DNA of 64,000 nucleotides from Candidatus Latescibacterota bacterium (lineage in GTDB: Bacteria; Latescibacterota; UBA2968; UBA8231): positions 1,696,001 to 1,760,000 of the forward strand of contig OY730476.1 of the NCBI GenBank assembly GCA_963422735.1, read 5' to 3'. Below, one piece after another: positions 9,915 to 20,453 of the stretch (positions are counted from its first letter, which is position 1; every line of letters begins with the position of its first letter). The translations under genes were made by a program, and so were the position numbers. The notes below the pieces were generated by a model. The model ran no database searches. It saw nothing but the letters and a program-made list of their open reading frames with translations, and was not told where the DNA came from.

Positions 9915-12536
9915 TCAAGTATTGAGTCGAAGGTCTTCTTCTCTCTCCTTTTTGCGGAATGGAATGCCGAGTTTCCGCAGCCGGCTGCGCAGCGTGTTGG
10001 GATGGATGCCGAGCAAGTGGGCCGCTCCTCGTGGGCCGTAAATGACCCCGTTGGTGTGGGCCAACACGCAGGTCAGGTATTCGCGCAAGTGGTCCTCAAG
10101 CGGCACAATGGCGAAGGCGCCTTCGATCGGATGGCATCTGGCCGCGCCTATACCTTGAGCAAAGTGATCCGGCTCGATAGGGCCTCGATGGGCCACTAGG
10201 ACGGCGCGCTGAACAACGTGTTCCAACTGGCGCACATTGCCCGGCCAGTCGTAGGCTTGCAGTGCTTCTATCCCGGCGGAACTGATGGGCGCGGAAGGCT
10301 GGTTCGGTTGGACCGCAAACTGCGTGGCAAAATACTCAGCAAGCAGCGGGATATCTTCCGGGCGTTCTTTCAGGGGGGGAATACGGATAGAATAGCCTTC
10401 GAGCCGGTAGAACAGGTCGGCGCGGAAGGTCCCGCTGACGACGGCCTGCTCGAGGTCGTCGTGGGTCGCAGCGATGACGCGAACATCAACGGGGATGGCT
10501 TGGTTGCCGCCGACTCTGTAGATCTGTTGTTCCTGTAGTACTTCCAGCAAGTTCGCCTGCACATCGAGGGTGAGATCGCCGATTTCATCGAGGAACAGGG
10601 TACCTTGGTCGGCCCGTTCAAATTTGCCTATGTGGCGGTCATGCGCCCCGGTAAAGGCTCCTTTTTCGTGGCCGAATAACTCGTTGTTGACCAGCTCGCG
10701 CTGAAGTGTGCCGCAGTTGACGGAGACAAACGGCGCAGCTCGGCGCGCGCTCAACTCGTGGATCGCTTGGGCGGCGAGGCTCTTGCCGGTGCCGGTTTCG
10801 CCGAGTAAGAGCACCGTCAAATCCGTCTCGGCCGCCTTGAGGAGATGGGCATCCACTTGGCGTATAACTTGGCTCTGGCCTACGAACCAGCGTTTCAGTA
10901 CGTCCATGCGGGTGTCTTCGGTGATCTCAAACTGAACCCTAGCTTGGTCGGAATAGGTGAGGTCCCGATCTATGGCTTGGAGGCAAAACGTATAAGTCCC
11001 CGGCTGAAGTGGCGGGTATTCCACTTGAGTCTCGGCCGTCTGCCGCCACTCCGACTCTAGGCCGTCAAGGCGGTAGCGGTAGCTCAGATGAGATGGGTGA
11101 TCAAGTGGGCTGGTGCCCTCAAAGTGGATGCGGACGCGATCCGCCGTACCGGGCAAGCGAATCGCTTGGTCGGCGACGACCTCATAGACTGCATCGGCCT
11201 CTAGGCTCACGATGGTCGCTTGTGGGGGTATGCGTTGGGGTGTGTACCGCACTAAGGCACCTTTGGTCACCAGATAGAGCGCACCGTCGCGGTCTTCAGC
11301 GAGAGCACGGACGGTGTTGCACAAGGAGAGTTCAGGCACCTCGACATTTTGGAAGACTTGGTCGTCGTAGCCGCACAGCCCGCGGCCTTCGGTGCCCATC
11401 CACAGCCGCCCGTCGCGGGCTTGGATGACGCTGGTGACGGTATCGCACGGCAGCCCGTCGCCCCGGGTGAAATGACGGATTCGACCCTCTTTTAAACACA
11501 ACAATCCTTGGTTGGTCCCTATCCACAGCCGCCCGTCGCCCCCCTCGTACAGGGCAAATACCAAACAGGCGGGCACGGCATCTACTTTTGCACACGTGGT
11601 GCCGTCGAAGCGGTACAGCCCGTGCTCTTCATCCGCAGAGTTCGACCCCAACCATAGATGCCCTTGACGACTCCAAGCGAGGACATCAATCTGAAGGGGA
11701 GTCGCTCGCCCGAACCAGCGAACCTGCCCGTCCTCGACATAGCCGAACCCGCCTCCGTGCTGATAGGCAAACCAGACCCGGCCGTATTCATCTATAGTAA
11801 TAGCCGAAATGGCGTCCGGCGACGCGGGTTGGTGCATTAATTTTATCTGCCGGGCGTCGTAGTCGTAACAATATAGGCCCGTGCCGGTTTCCCCAAACCA
11901 TACGCAGCCGTCCCGATCTAGGCATAGTGCCGTGATCTCTTGGCATCCGGGGATGGCTACGTTCTCGGCACGGCTCCAATGGGTGTCAAAACGGACGAGT
12001 CCGCCTTCGGTGCTGGTCCACAAAGGGTCGGCATTGCTCTGGGCGATGCAGGTAAGACCTGTCGCTGGCAGCCCGTGGTCGGGGCCGAAGACTTGCAGGC
12101 GTTGGCTGTCGTAGCAGTATAGGCCCCTATCGCGAGTTCCCACCCAGAGCCGCCCGAGGCGATCCACGCACAAACCCCGCGAGAAAGAGAGGTCGCCCCG
12201 GTGCGCGAAGTCCATTCGCTCGGCATCGCAACAGGCCAATGCGCCCTCGTAGGCGGTCAGATAGATAGTCTCTGAACGAGGATCCGCCTCAATGGCAAGG
12301 AAGTGAAGCTGGCGACTAGGCTCCAGCAGGCGGAAATCCTGGCCATCGAATACAAAGACGCCGACACTGGTGGCCAGCCAAAGGGTGCCGTCTGATCGGG
12401 CCAACAAGCCCGTCACCTCTGCATTGGGAGCCACCTCGTTAAATCGCGCATGTCTATGGGGTATGTCACTCATGCGGTTGTAGGAGTACAGGCTGCGACC
12501 ACCGCACCAGATAGTCCCCTGAGTGTCGATAGCCAA
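9915..12536 (-). CDS. Sigma-54 enhancer-binding protein with N-terminal Reg_prop beta-propeller and Y_Y_Y domain; 5'-truncated
   Basis: Repeated D..G.LW.GT blades, [44 protein letters not shown]-terminal HTH. No ATG/RBS; in-frame stop at 12597-12599. Confidence 0.88.
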   Translation of the reverse strand: MAIDTQGTIWCGGRSLYSYNRMSDIPHRHARFNEVAPNAEVTGLLARSDGTLWLATSVGVFVFDGQDFRLLEPSRQLHFLAIEADPRSETIYLTAYEGALACCDAERMDFAHRGDLSFSRGLCVDRLGRLWVGTRDRGLYCYDSQRLQVFGPDHGLPATGLTCIAQSNADPLWTSTEGGLVRFDTHWSRAENVAIPGCQEITALCLDRDGCVWFGETGTGLYCYDYDARQIKLMHQPASPDAISAITIDEYGRVWFAYQHGGGFGYVEDGQVRWFGRATPLQIDVLAWSRQGHLWLGSNSADEEHGLYRFDGTTCAKVDAVPACLVFALYEGGDGRLWIGTNQGLLCLKEGRIRHFTRGDGLPCDTVTSVIQARDGRLWMGTEGRGLCGYDDQVFQNVEVPELSLCNTVRALAEDRDGALYLVTKGALVRYTPQRIPPQATIVSLEADAVYEVVADQAIRLPGTADRVRIHFEGTSPLDHPSHLSYRYRLDGLESEWRQTAETQVEYPPLQPGTYTFCLQAIDRDLTYSDQARVQFEITEDTRMDVLKRWFVGQSQVIRQVDAHLLKAAETDLTVLLLGETGTGKSLAAQAIHELSARRAAPFVSVNCGTLQRELVNNELFGHEKGAFTGAHDRHIGKFERADQGTLFLDEIGDLTLDVQANLLEVLQEQQIYRVGGNQAIPVDVRVIAATHDDLEQAVVSGTFRADLFYRLEGYSIRIPPLKERPEDIPLLAEYFATQFAVQPNQPSAPISSAGIEALQAYDWPGNVRQLEHVVQRAVLVAHRGPIEPDHFAQGIGAARCHPIEGAFAIVPLEDHLREYLTCVLAHTNGVIYGPRGAAHLLGIHPNTLRSRLRKLGIPFRKKEREEDLRLNT

Positions 12537-12593
12537 GGCACAGATGCTTTCGCCGTGGAAGTAGGCGCGATCGGTTAGGGCGATGAGTCTGAG

Positions 12594-13004
12594 GTGCTAT
12601 GGGTCGTCTCTTGGGGGATGCTTTTCCTCTACAATATCATCCAGCGCCTAGCCCCTCGATCCTTCGTACAGGCGATGCCTATTCGGGCGTTGCGCGAAGG
12701 CATGGTGCCGCGTCTAGCGATCTACGCGGAGGATAAAGCGGGGGAATATCGTTGTGGCGCAGCGGTCGGGCAAAGGCAGGACGTGCTGTGTTATGCCGGC
12801 CGGCCGTTGACGAAGGGGCAAGTGCGGACGTTGCACGAAAAATCAGCGGGCGGTTCTTTCGCGCCATTTGGCCATGAGTTGGAAGTTGAACTAGCCGTAC
12901 CGTTCGCGCCCATAATCGCAGCCGCTGGGGTGCTGACCGTGGTCTTGGGCGGCAGTCTGATCAAACCCCTGATACAGCTATTCTCTCCTTGGCTGCCGTC
13001 TTAG
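12594..13004 (+). pseudogene. C-terminal fragment of an A24 (prepilin/preflagellin) peptidase-like protein
   Basis: I.ALREGM, LT.GQVRTL, VPFAPII...LT..LG match the remembered FlaK-like C-terminal pattern; catalytic N-terminal half absent. Confidence 0.45.
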
Positions 13005-13014
13005 TGGGGGACCT

Positions 13015-13638
13015 ATGAATCGGGATAGAAAAGACCCTGTAACGATGGCCTTTGGCGTCTTGTTGGTTGTGTTGCTGCCGACCTTTTTCCTGTTGGCGAG
13101 CCACTATCAGTCGCTAGACGAGCGCGTACGGCAGTTGCAGCCAAAGCCCTTGGTGCCCGCGCCTTCACCCGAGGCCCTGTTGGCGCAAGTGAGCCACGTC
13201 GCATCCGACCGTACGCTCCAACTCCAACAGGTATGGGCCGCCGAGCCGGAACCGGCTTCTGGCCTAGTGGCCGACTACACCGTCATGCGCGGCGACGAGG
13301 CGGTCTATCGGCTGGTGCTGTTCCGCTACGATATCGCTTGTAGTGTGTGCCGGGACGTGCTGGCCGCCGCGCTGTACGATGCCGAAGGCGACGCGCTGGT
13401 GCAGATATTCCTGCTCGACGATTGGGAGGTGCGCGGCGAGCGGGTTGATACCGCGCAATTTTTGCGCCAATTCGCCGGTCGCCCGGTGGCGGAGGAACTG
13501 GCTCTTGAGTCCAATGTCGATGGGATCAGCGGGGCCACGTTTTCAACCGGGGGTCTTGTCGAACAGCTCAACACCGCGGCGGCGTGGGTGCGAGAGCATC
13601 CGCTGGGGACGCCCGCAAGCGAGGAGGAACGACTGTGA
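13015..13638 (+). CDS. Membrane-anchored FMN-binding domain protein with CxxC
   Basis: N-terminal TM; VDGISGATFST flavinylation motif; CSVC. Confidence 0.78.
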   Translation: MNRDRKDPVTMAFGVLLVVLLPTFFLLASHYQSLDERVRQLQPKPLVPAPSPEALLAQVSHVASDRTLQLQQVWAAEPEPASGLVADYTVMRGDEAVYRLVLFRYDIACSVCRDVLAAALYDAEGDALVQIFLLDDWEVRGERVDTAQFLRQFAGRPVAEELALESNVDGISGATFSTGGLVEQLNTAAAWVREHPLGTPASEEERL

Positions 13639-14174
13639 ACGATCTCAAACCCAATCGCTGGGCTACGACCTTGATCGTGGCCACGGGTCTCCTGTTGGGA
13701 GCCTGTACCTTCTTGGCGGCCAAGATCGTCAACCCGCCTCCTATTGATCCGCTGGATGTGGAGTTTTGGGATTTGCTGGGTACGCAAGCGGCCGTACTGG
13801 AACTAGAGAGTCTGGCGGGTACGGGCAAGGTTTCCAACGCGCAATTTGCGGACGCGCCCTATCTGCTCATCTTCGCCGACCCGACTTGCAGTGCCTGCGA
13901 GACGATCTATCCGCACCTGCTGCGCGCCTCGCAGGTGCAGAGGGTGAAGGTCCTGTTCATTGCCTCGGGTGACCGGCAGGCGATGCAAGACAAAATGGAG
14001 GAACACAGTTTTTCGTTTCCCGTCGCCTTTGATTCCCTGTTGACGGCTAATAAGCCCTTTGCGGTAACTGCTTTTCCCACCTCCGTATGGGTCGATGCCG
14101 AAGGCAACATTGCCAAAGCCGCCACCGGCGTCCAAGGTGCCGCCGTCGTAATACACTTGGCTGGAGGGGCCTGA
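13635..14174 (+). CDS. Membrane-anchored TlpA/redoxin-like thioredoxin-fold protein
   Basis: GTG after GAGGAGG; TM helix; CSAC; FP cis-Pro loop (AFPTS.WVD..G). Confidence 0.8.
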   Translation: MNDLKPNRWATTLIVATGLLLGACTFLAAKIVNPPPIDPLDVEFWDLLGTQAAVLELESLAGTGKVSNAQFADAPYLLIFADPTCSACETIYPHLLRASQVQRVKVLFIASGDRQAMQDKMEEHSFSFPVAFDSLLTANKPFAVTAFPTSVWVDAEGNIAKAATGVQGAAVVIHLAGGA

Positions 14175-14189
14175 AAGGATGAATGCGCC

Positions 14190-14740
14190 ATGCAGTTTGT
14201 AACGCTCTTGGGTCGTCCGGTAGTCTGGACGATGGTAGCCTGTGCCGCGGTCGTGCTCTTTTTGATGTTGTGCCCTTCTTCGTCGGCCCTCTCTCCGGTG
14301 GTCTGGACCGCGCCCTCGGCCAATCCGCTATCCGAGGTGCTGCGCCCGATTTCGCTTTGCCGACCGTGCAGGGCGGCACGATGGCACTCAGCACGTTGCG
14401 GGGAAAGTCCGCCCTGCTCGCCTTTGTTACGGCGGAATGTCCGTATTGTCAAAAGTTAAAAAAGAAACTCGAAGCCTTTGCACTGGATGCAGACCACCAA
14501 CTCGTCTTCATCTGCACCGGGGAAGAGGGGGCTCGGAAGATCCGCGAGACTTATTCCTTTACGTACCCGGTGTTGATCGACTCGGCTGGTGCCGTCTCAC
14601 AGGCGTACAAAACCCCCGGGGTGCTTGCGGTGTATCAGATCGATACCGCGGGGAAGGTGGTGGACTTGGTGGTGGGGTGGCCGCCGGCTTGGGAGTTTGT
14701 CCGGGGTTTTGGCCGATCCCAGCCTAGCGAAGGCTCTTGA
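14190..14740 (+). pseudogene. TlpA/redoxin-like protein (CPYC) with a frameshift between signal anchor and domain
   Basis: Hydrophobic leader in frame 14190; APDFALP..CPYC..YPVLID in frame 14183; shift near 14330. Could be a sequencing error. Confidence 0.7.
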
Positions 14741-14868
14741 GGCGATTTGTTCAATCACCCCTACGGCCCAGAAAGGAGGTGCTATTACATGCTCGTAGGT
14801 TTGATTCCCAGTCAGCAACCACAACGGTTTGCTGATCCTTTTTCTACCCTTTTGAGGAGGATTTCGTT

Positions 14869-15216
14869 ATGAAGTCTTTGCCTTTGTTCTTGCAGTCGGC
14901 GCTGCTGCTGCCGCTGCTGGCCCCGCTGGTCGAGTTCGTTACCTCGCCCAGCGGCCACGTCGAGCCGCGCCAAGGGTTGGCGATGGGGTGGTTGGGTAGC
15001 GTGGTGGCGGGTCTGGCCGTGGTATTCGGCACGGCTGACCAAGGGCAGGCCGATTCCTGCCACGGAATAGCCAAAGGTTCGACCGGACAGATCTGCAGAA
15101 CTGACATCCCATGCGCTTGGGATCACGATGGAACGCCCAGAGGGTGGGCGCAGGTCACATACTATCACGACAGTGCGTTAGGCTGTCTATGGAAGAATGC
15201 GTCCTGCACCTGCTGA
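14869..15216 (+). CDS. Small Cys-rich secreted peptide/protein with long leader
   Basis: Strong GAGGAGG RBS; two hydrophobic stretches, GQA cleavage-like site, then a 54-aa domain with 6 Cys. Confidence 0.6.
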   Translation: MKSLPLFLQSALLLPLLAPLVEFVTSPSGHVEPRQGLAMGWLGSVVAGLAVVFGTADQGQADSCHGIAKGSTGQICRTDIPCAWDHDGTPRGWAQVTYYHDSALGCLWKNASCTC

Positions 15217-15223
15217 GACGTAT

Positions 15224-15262
15224 AGCCAATATGGCACTTTAGGGCCGGGTGCCATATTGGCT
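15224..15262 (+). terminator. Perfect 14-bp hairpin (terminator or mRNA stabiliser)
   Basis: AGCCAATATGGCAC / GTGCCATATTGGCT with 11-nt loop, 7 nt after the stop; weak U-tract. Confidence 0.65.
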
Positions 15263-15352
15263 GGTTGTCTTCTGTTCTACTGATCCTGTTGGGCAAATAG
15301 AGTAGGGTATTAGACCCGCTACGTATCCACCCACTACCTCTGGAGATGAACG

Positions 15353-17497
15353 ATGCGCTGCTTGCTCATAGCAATTTTGTTGTTGGCGGTTCCGTTGGGA
15401 GCCTGCGCCTTAACGTGGGATTTTACCGAAGGCACCACTTGGGGCTGGACCGCCCAAGAGAGTTTTTTGTCTAGGGATGGTACTATCACCACGGTGTCCA
15501 GCGAAGTCGAAGACGGCGTTTGGCGCATTGCTCCGGTGCCTAACGCGCAACGACCGGCCATTCAATTGCGCTCGCCGCCGATTGGGGAAGACTCCGCCCT
15601 ATTCGACTGGGTCACCCTACGGCTGCGCATCGCACATGATCGCCCCACTAGGGGAAACCTTCTGATGCAGTGGTTCAATCCCGAATACAGACGCCGCAAG
15701 GAGAAATTGGGCCAATTCGGACTACTAGGTGCCCTGACGAGCGTTAGTACGGGACGTTCTCAAATCTATCCCACGGAATGGGAAAACATCACGATAGATA
15801 TACGCGCTTTGGAAGCCGCTGCGGAAGCGAACCCAGCAGAGGAGATCGTTTGGCATGACACCCTCTTCTACTTCTATATAGAACTGAATTTAAACATCGA
15901 TGCGTCGGGCCCGGCCGATCATCCGGCCTTTGTCGAAGTGGACTGGATTCAACTGACGGGAGCTGAAGAGTTGCTGCTGGGAGAATTGCAGCCCCGGGAG
16001 ATCCCAGTAGAGGCCGGATTGCCCGGCGAGTTATTTGCCGCGCCCGATTTTTTTTCCCTCGGCGAGGGTATTGAGATAGTATCCTCTCCGCTATTATCGT
16101 CAAGTGCTTTGGGGGATGTGGATGGCGATGGGGATGTGGACCTCGTGGTGACTTGGGAGCGTAAAGCGGACGGTAGAGTAAGCTCAGGTTGGCAGGTAGC
16201 GTCCAACGACGGTTTGGGTGGCTTTGTGACCACCCAAGAGGTTCGCCGTCCAACAAGCCAAGACGAGTGGCTCGCTCTAGGCATAGCGGGGGGTGATTTC
16301 GGCGGAGATGGGCTGCTCGATCTGGCCTTTCGTGAAGGTCAGACCATTGAATTGTGGCTCAACCGGGGCGAGGATGGCTTTGAAACGATCCTACAGCTAT
16401 CCGACGTCCGTTTCCTTGGCTTGGCCGATGGCGACGGCGATGGCGATGTGGACCTGTTGGGTGTGGAGGAAGGCGACACTGAGTACAACGTAATTATATG
16501 GTTCAACGACGGGGCCTCTGGGTTTGTCCGCAGTGATCGGTTTACCCTCGACGGCGAGGAGGAGCTCTTTCCTTTTCTGTTGGCTGGTCAACCGTTGGGC
16601 GAGGCCGTGCGCCTGTTGTGGAACCGAGTGTGCTACGAGCCTTGGGGGCCTTGGCACCTGACCCGGCCGTGGTCGGCTAGCGAGCCGCCGCTGTTTTTTG
16701 AGGCAGAAGTAAACCCCTGTGACCTGCACCTGTTCACCGACCTTGATGGCGATAGAGCGGTTGAGTTCGTCGGGACTCCCAAGCGGGATCTACAATTCGA
16801 TCCTTTTTACGCTGGCATTACCTATCACGGTTTGGCGCTGTGGCGGGTGGACGCCTTGGGCAGGGTGGAACGCCACACTCTGCTCGGTCCGCAGGTGCGC
16901 GTACCGCATCGGGCCATTGCCAGCGACCTCAACGGCGATGGCCTGCTGGACTTGGCCATCGTCGATGGCAACTTGGTGACCGGGCCGGCACTGGTGGTGC
17001 TGGTCGGTCAGCGCGATGGGGTGCCCATCGTCGAAGGGCGCTACCGGCTGCCGGGCACGGGCGGCGAGGTACTGGCCGGCGATGTAAACGGCGATGGGGC
17101 GACCGATTTGGTGGTGCTGGGAAGGAGTGTGGAAGGCGGTCCGGGCGGGGCCTTCGTCTTCATCAACCAAGGCGTCCCGGCCACAGCCATCGCGGTCGAG
17201 ACGGCGGCCACGCCCTCAACCGTTGCCCTCGGTGCCAACTATCCTAATCCATTCAACCCGGCTACGACCATCCCCTTGGCCGTGCCCGCCCAAGCCGGGG
17301 GCGTGGATTTAACGATCTACAACACATTGGGTCAGCCAGTGCGCCACGTATGGAACGGTCCGTTGGCGGCGGGCGAGCACCGGCTAACTTGGGATGGCCG
17401 GGACGCACAGGGCCAGCCCGTCGCTGCTGGGGTCTATTTGTATCGGTTGCAGGTGGACGACCAGACGCGCATCCGCAAGATGGTCAAACTCGAATAG
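15353..17497 (+). CDS. Secreted FG-GAP/VCBS-repeat protein with C-terminal FlgD-Ig/T9SS-like sorting domain
   Basis: Signal peptide; multiple GD.DGDGD.DL repeats; LGANYPNPFNPATTI..WDGRD..G..VAAGVY. Confidence 0.88.
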   Translation: MRCLLIAILLLAVPLGACALTWDFTEGTTWGWTAQESFLSRDGTITTVSSEVEDGVWRIAPVPNAQRPAIQLRSPPIGEDSALFDWVTLRLRIAHDRPTRGNLLMQWFNPEYRRRKEKLGQFGLLGALTSVSTGRSQIYPTEWENITIDIRALEAAAEANPAEEIVWHDTLFYFYIELNLNIDASGPADHPAFVEVDWIQLTGAEELLLGELQPREIPVEAGLPGELFAAPDFFSLGEGIEIVSSPLLSSSALGDVDGDGDVDLVVTWERKADGRVSSGWQVASNDGLGGFVTTQEVRRPTSQDEWLALGIAGGDFGGDGLLDLAFREGQTIELWLNRGEDGFETILQLSDVRFLGLADGDGDGDVDLLGVEEGDTEYNVIIWFNDGASGFVRSDRFTLDGEEELFPFLLAGQPLGEAVRLLWNRVCYEPWGPWHLTRPWSASEPPLFFEAEVNPCDLHLFTDLDGDRAVEFVGTPKRDLQFDPFYAGITYHGLALWRVDALGRVERHTLLGPQVRVPHRAIASDLNGDGLLDLAIVDGNLVTGPALVVLVGQRDGVPIVEGRYRLPGTGGEVLAGDVNGDGATDLVVLGRSVEGGPGGAFVFINQGVPATAIAVETAATPSTVALGANYPNPFNPATTIPLAVPAQAGGVDLTIYNTLGQPVRHVWNGPLAAGEHRLTWDGRDAQGQPVAAGVYLYRLQVDDQTRIRKMVKLE

Positions 17498-17549
17498 ACG
17501 CACGGACTTGGAGCGGACATGCTGGAGAAATTGCGCCAACACATAGCGG
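17461..17549 (+). repeat. About 90-bp direct repeat (copy 1; copy 2 at 18396-18485) spanning the sorting-domain end and the next gene start
   Basis: CCAGACGCGCATCCGCAAGA..GGTCAAA..CGAATAGACG..GGAGCGGACATGCTGGAGA..GCGCCAACACATAGCGG seen twice. Confidence 0.85.
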
Positions 17550-17980
17550 GTGGTTTGCAGCATTTGAGCGTCCGTCTGCAACGGGCCGGCACGGTCGAGG
17601 GCCTGCCGCGCCACGAGTGCCCCGTCCTGATCTTTTTCCACGGTTACAGCTTGGCTCACACCATCCGGCCTCTGGTCGTGGGACGAGCGCTGCGAGCGCG
17701 CGGCTACCCCGTAGAATTCGCAGGCGTAGGGCCTCATACCGCCCGGATCGCCGCCGAAGGATTTCAAGTGTACGCGGTAGAAACCATGCCGCAAAGCCGC
17801 ATGGACGAGTACGTAGCCCGCAGCGACTATGGCTATTACAATGCAGAGTGGATAGAGTGCTGTGTACAAGCCGAATGTGCGCTCATCCGGCGGCTCCGTC
17901 CCGCCCTCGCGCTGGCAGACCTGCGGCCCACCTTGCGGCTCACTGCTTCTCTTGAGGGAGTGGATATAGCGGGGATACCG
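17519..17980 (+). pseudogene. GT-B (GT1/MGT-like) glycosyltransferase, N-terminal half only
   Basis: SLAHTIRPL.VGRALRARGY.V.FA, LIRRLRP.L.LAD; C-terminal domain absent. Confidence 0.7.
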
Positions 17981-17982
17981 AT

Positions 17983-18432
17983 ATGGTTGCGGGAAGGACC
18001 GTCACCTCTATGGCGATAGGCTCTGTGCTCACCGGGCTGGACCTTTTAATCAACCCCGGAGACGGCGTCTTGGACAAGGTTGCGTGGTATGAAAGGGTGT
18101 ACGTGCAACAGGATGTGGTATTTTCCGACCTCAATGAAGATGGTCTGTTGGCCGCCGTGTTTGTCGATCGCAATTTTCGCCAGCCGGCACTCGTCGTCAG
18201 TGTGGGCAGAAAGAATGGTGTGCCACTCCGGGAGGGCCACTATCCACTGCAAGGGTTGGGCGGGACGGTCATAAGCGGCGATGTGGATGGAGACGGTGAT
18301 ATAGACTTGGCCGTGCTGGAGCATGCCGTGCGCGGTGGGGGCAGTGGTATATACATCCTGTCCAACCAGACAAAAACGGACGATTAAATGGGCAACCAGA
18401 CGCGCATCCGCAAGAGGGTCAAAATCGAATAG
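17983..18432 (+). pseudogene. Fragment of a second FG-GAP protein plus sorting-domain tail
   Basis: SDLNEDGLL, GHYPL.G.GG.V.SGDVDGDGDIDL, similar to the end of 15353-17497; tail QTRIRKRVKIE* follows. Confidence 0.7.
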
Positions 18433-18573
18433 ACGAGCCGAGTCTGGAGCGGACATGCTGGAGACATGGCGCCAACACATAGCGGCTCACTGGCAGCGTT
18501 TCATGGAACGATTGAATGGGGATGGGGTGGGGACATGGGTTAGGCCCGGCCGAAAAGAGAGAGGCATAAGCCG

Positions 18574-19897
18574 ATGAGACGGCCATGGAAAGTACCGTTC
18601 CGAAAAAATAGAAAACTGCAAAGCTGCTTGGCGTTGTCGCTGGCCTTGCATCTGCTGGTGATGTTCGGCATCACGCACCGCGAGCGGGTTACTCAATTTC
18701 CCGTCCTCCCGCCGATCATGGTGGAGTTTACCAAACGGCCGCCGCCGCAACGCACGCTCACCCGCCGGCAACGGCCTCGCCAACGGCCCTTGGTGCGCCG
18801 TCCAGCACTCCAAGCCGCCCCGGTCGCCGCGGTGCGCCCGGCTCCCTCGGCGGCGCACCCGCCGCCGGTGTTCAAGTCATCGGCTCCTCGGCTGCCGACG
18901 GCGTCGCTGCCGGAGCAGCTAATGTTGCCCATCCCGGATTTCCCCGCTCGGCACATTGGTCCGCACCTGCACGTTGGGGCGTTGGAAGGGACGCGGCAGG
19001 GGCGGATGAGATTGACTTGTCCTTGGAGTTGATGGATGTGCAGGCGATGGACACCGGGCGGCACCGGGCGATGGTCGTAGTCGATCCAAACGATCGGCGC
19101 AAGCTCAAGGGCTTTCTCTATTTGTCCAATGTTTACAGCCCTTCTATTGAACGGGCTGAACAGGAAACATCACGCCGACTTTGGCAGACGCGCCAGCACT
19201 TTGGCAGACGCGCCAAATGCAAGAAAAACGGATGCTGCAAGGGTTGGCCGATAAGATGGTCGCCAGTACGCAGGTTCACGTCGAAGTACGCGACGCGGTC
19301 GCACTCGACGACCCGCAGCTTTTGCAGGTGCCCTTCGTGCTGCTGACGGCGAGTGCTCCCTTTGAGTTTACCGAGGCTGAGGCGGCCAATTTAGGGGCGT
19401 ATTTGACTTCGGGCGGCTTCCTGTTTGCGGAGATCGTGCGCGATTTGCGGCCCGATTACAGCTATGCCGAATTGGACATTCCCGCGGTGCGTTCCCTGAT
19501 TCGGCATAGCTTGCAGGTGGTGGGCTATCAAGAATGGAAGGACTGGCAGTTTACCCGTCTAGAGATAACCCATCCGATCTATCATTGCTTCTACGATATG
19601 TGCAGCCTCCCACGGGGGATGCGCGATATGCACTATGTAGGATCTCCGCCGCTAACTCCTGACTATTTGGAGGGCATAGTAGTAGGGGAACAGTTGGTGG
19701 GGGTGTATTCGATGCGCGGCTACGCCGACTTCTGGTCGGGAATCGGCCAGCAGGAGTGGGAGGCATTTGATGTGGTCAATAGTCCGTTTCTGTCCAGTGC
19801 CGAGGAGCCGTTGGTGTATAATTTGGGGGTGAATATCGTGGTGTACGCGTTGACGCGGGAAGGGTCATTGGCGCGGCAATTAGTCGATGCGGACTGA
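18574..19897 (+). pseudogene. DUF4159-like protein, two frameshifts
   Basis: Split over three frames; shares MDTGR.RAMV and VN..VYALT.EGS with 7141-8274. Confidence 0.78.
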
Positions 19898-20083
19898 GGG
19901 ATGTTGTGTCGTGATACTACGTGATACTATAAACTGAGGAGGGCACTGCGAGGTATGGAAATCATTCTGTTAATTGATGAACGCAACGTTGCGATCCAGA
20001 GTGCGCGGGTCACACAAAATCGCGATGTACGCACCCAAGCGAAGGCTTGTCTCCTTTTGGGCCGTTCTACATGTGGCCCCAGT

Positions 20084-20392
20084 ACGGCCACCGCTATCGC
20101 GGCCGAGACGGCGACCACCCCCTCCAGGTGCCAACTATCCTAATCCGTTCAACCCGGCCACGACCATCCCCTTGGCCGTGCCCGCCCAAGCCGGGGATGT
20201 GGACTTAACGATCTACAACGTCTTGGGGCAGCCGGTGCGCCACGTGTGGGCAGGTTCGCTGGCGGCGGGCGGGCACCGACTGGCGTGGGATGGCCGAGAC
20301 GCGCAGGGTCAACCCGTCGCCGCTGGAGTCTATTTGTATCAGTTGCAGGTGGGCAACCAGACGCGCATCCGCAAGAGGGTCAAACTTGAATA
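20084..20392 (+). pseudogene. Orphan copy of the NYPNPFNP C-terminal sorting domain
   Basis: Close nucleotide match to 17178-17497 with a short deletion; no upstream passenger domain. Confidence 0.75.
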
Positions 20393-20453
20393 TGACGGCC
20401 GCCAATGCCGACCGGGATGATGAGCGAACCGTCGCGCAATTGTTCAATGGCAT

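Noticed and set aside
14869-15216. Methylamine dehydrogenase light chain (MauA)
   Set aside because: Only 6 Cys, too short, no MauA motifs and no mauB/mauE/mauG.
17178-20392. Diversity-generating retroelement TR/VR pair
   Set aside because: Differences between copies are not adenine-specific and there is no reverse transcriptase.
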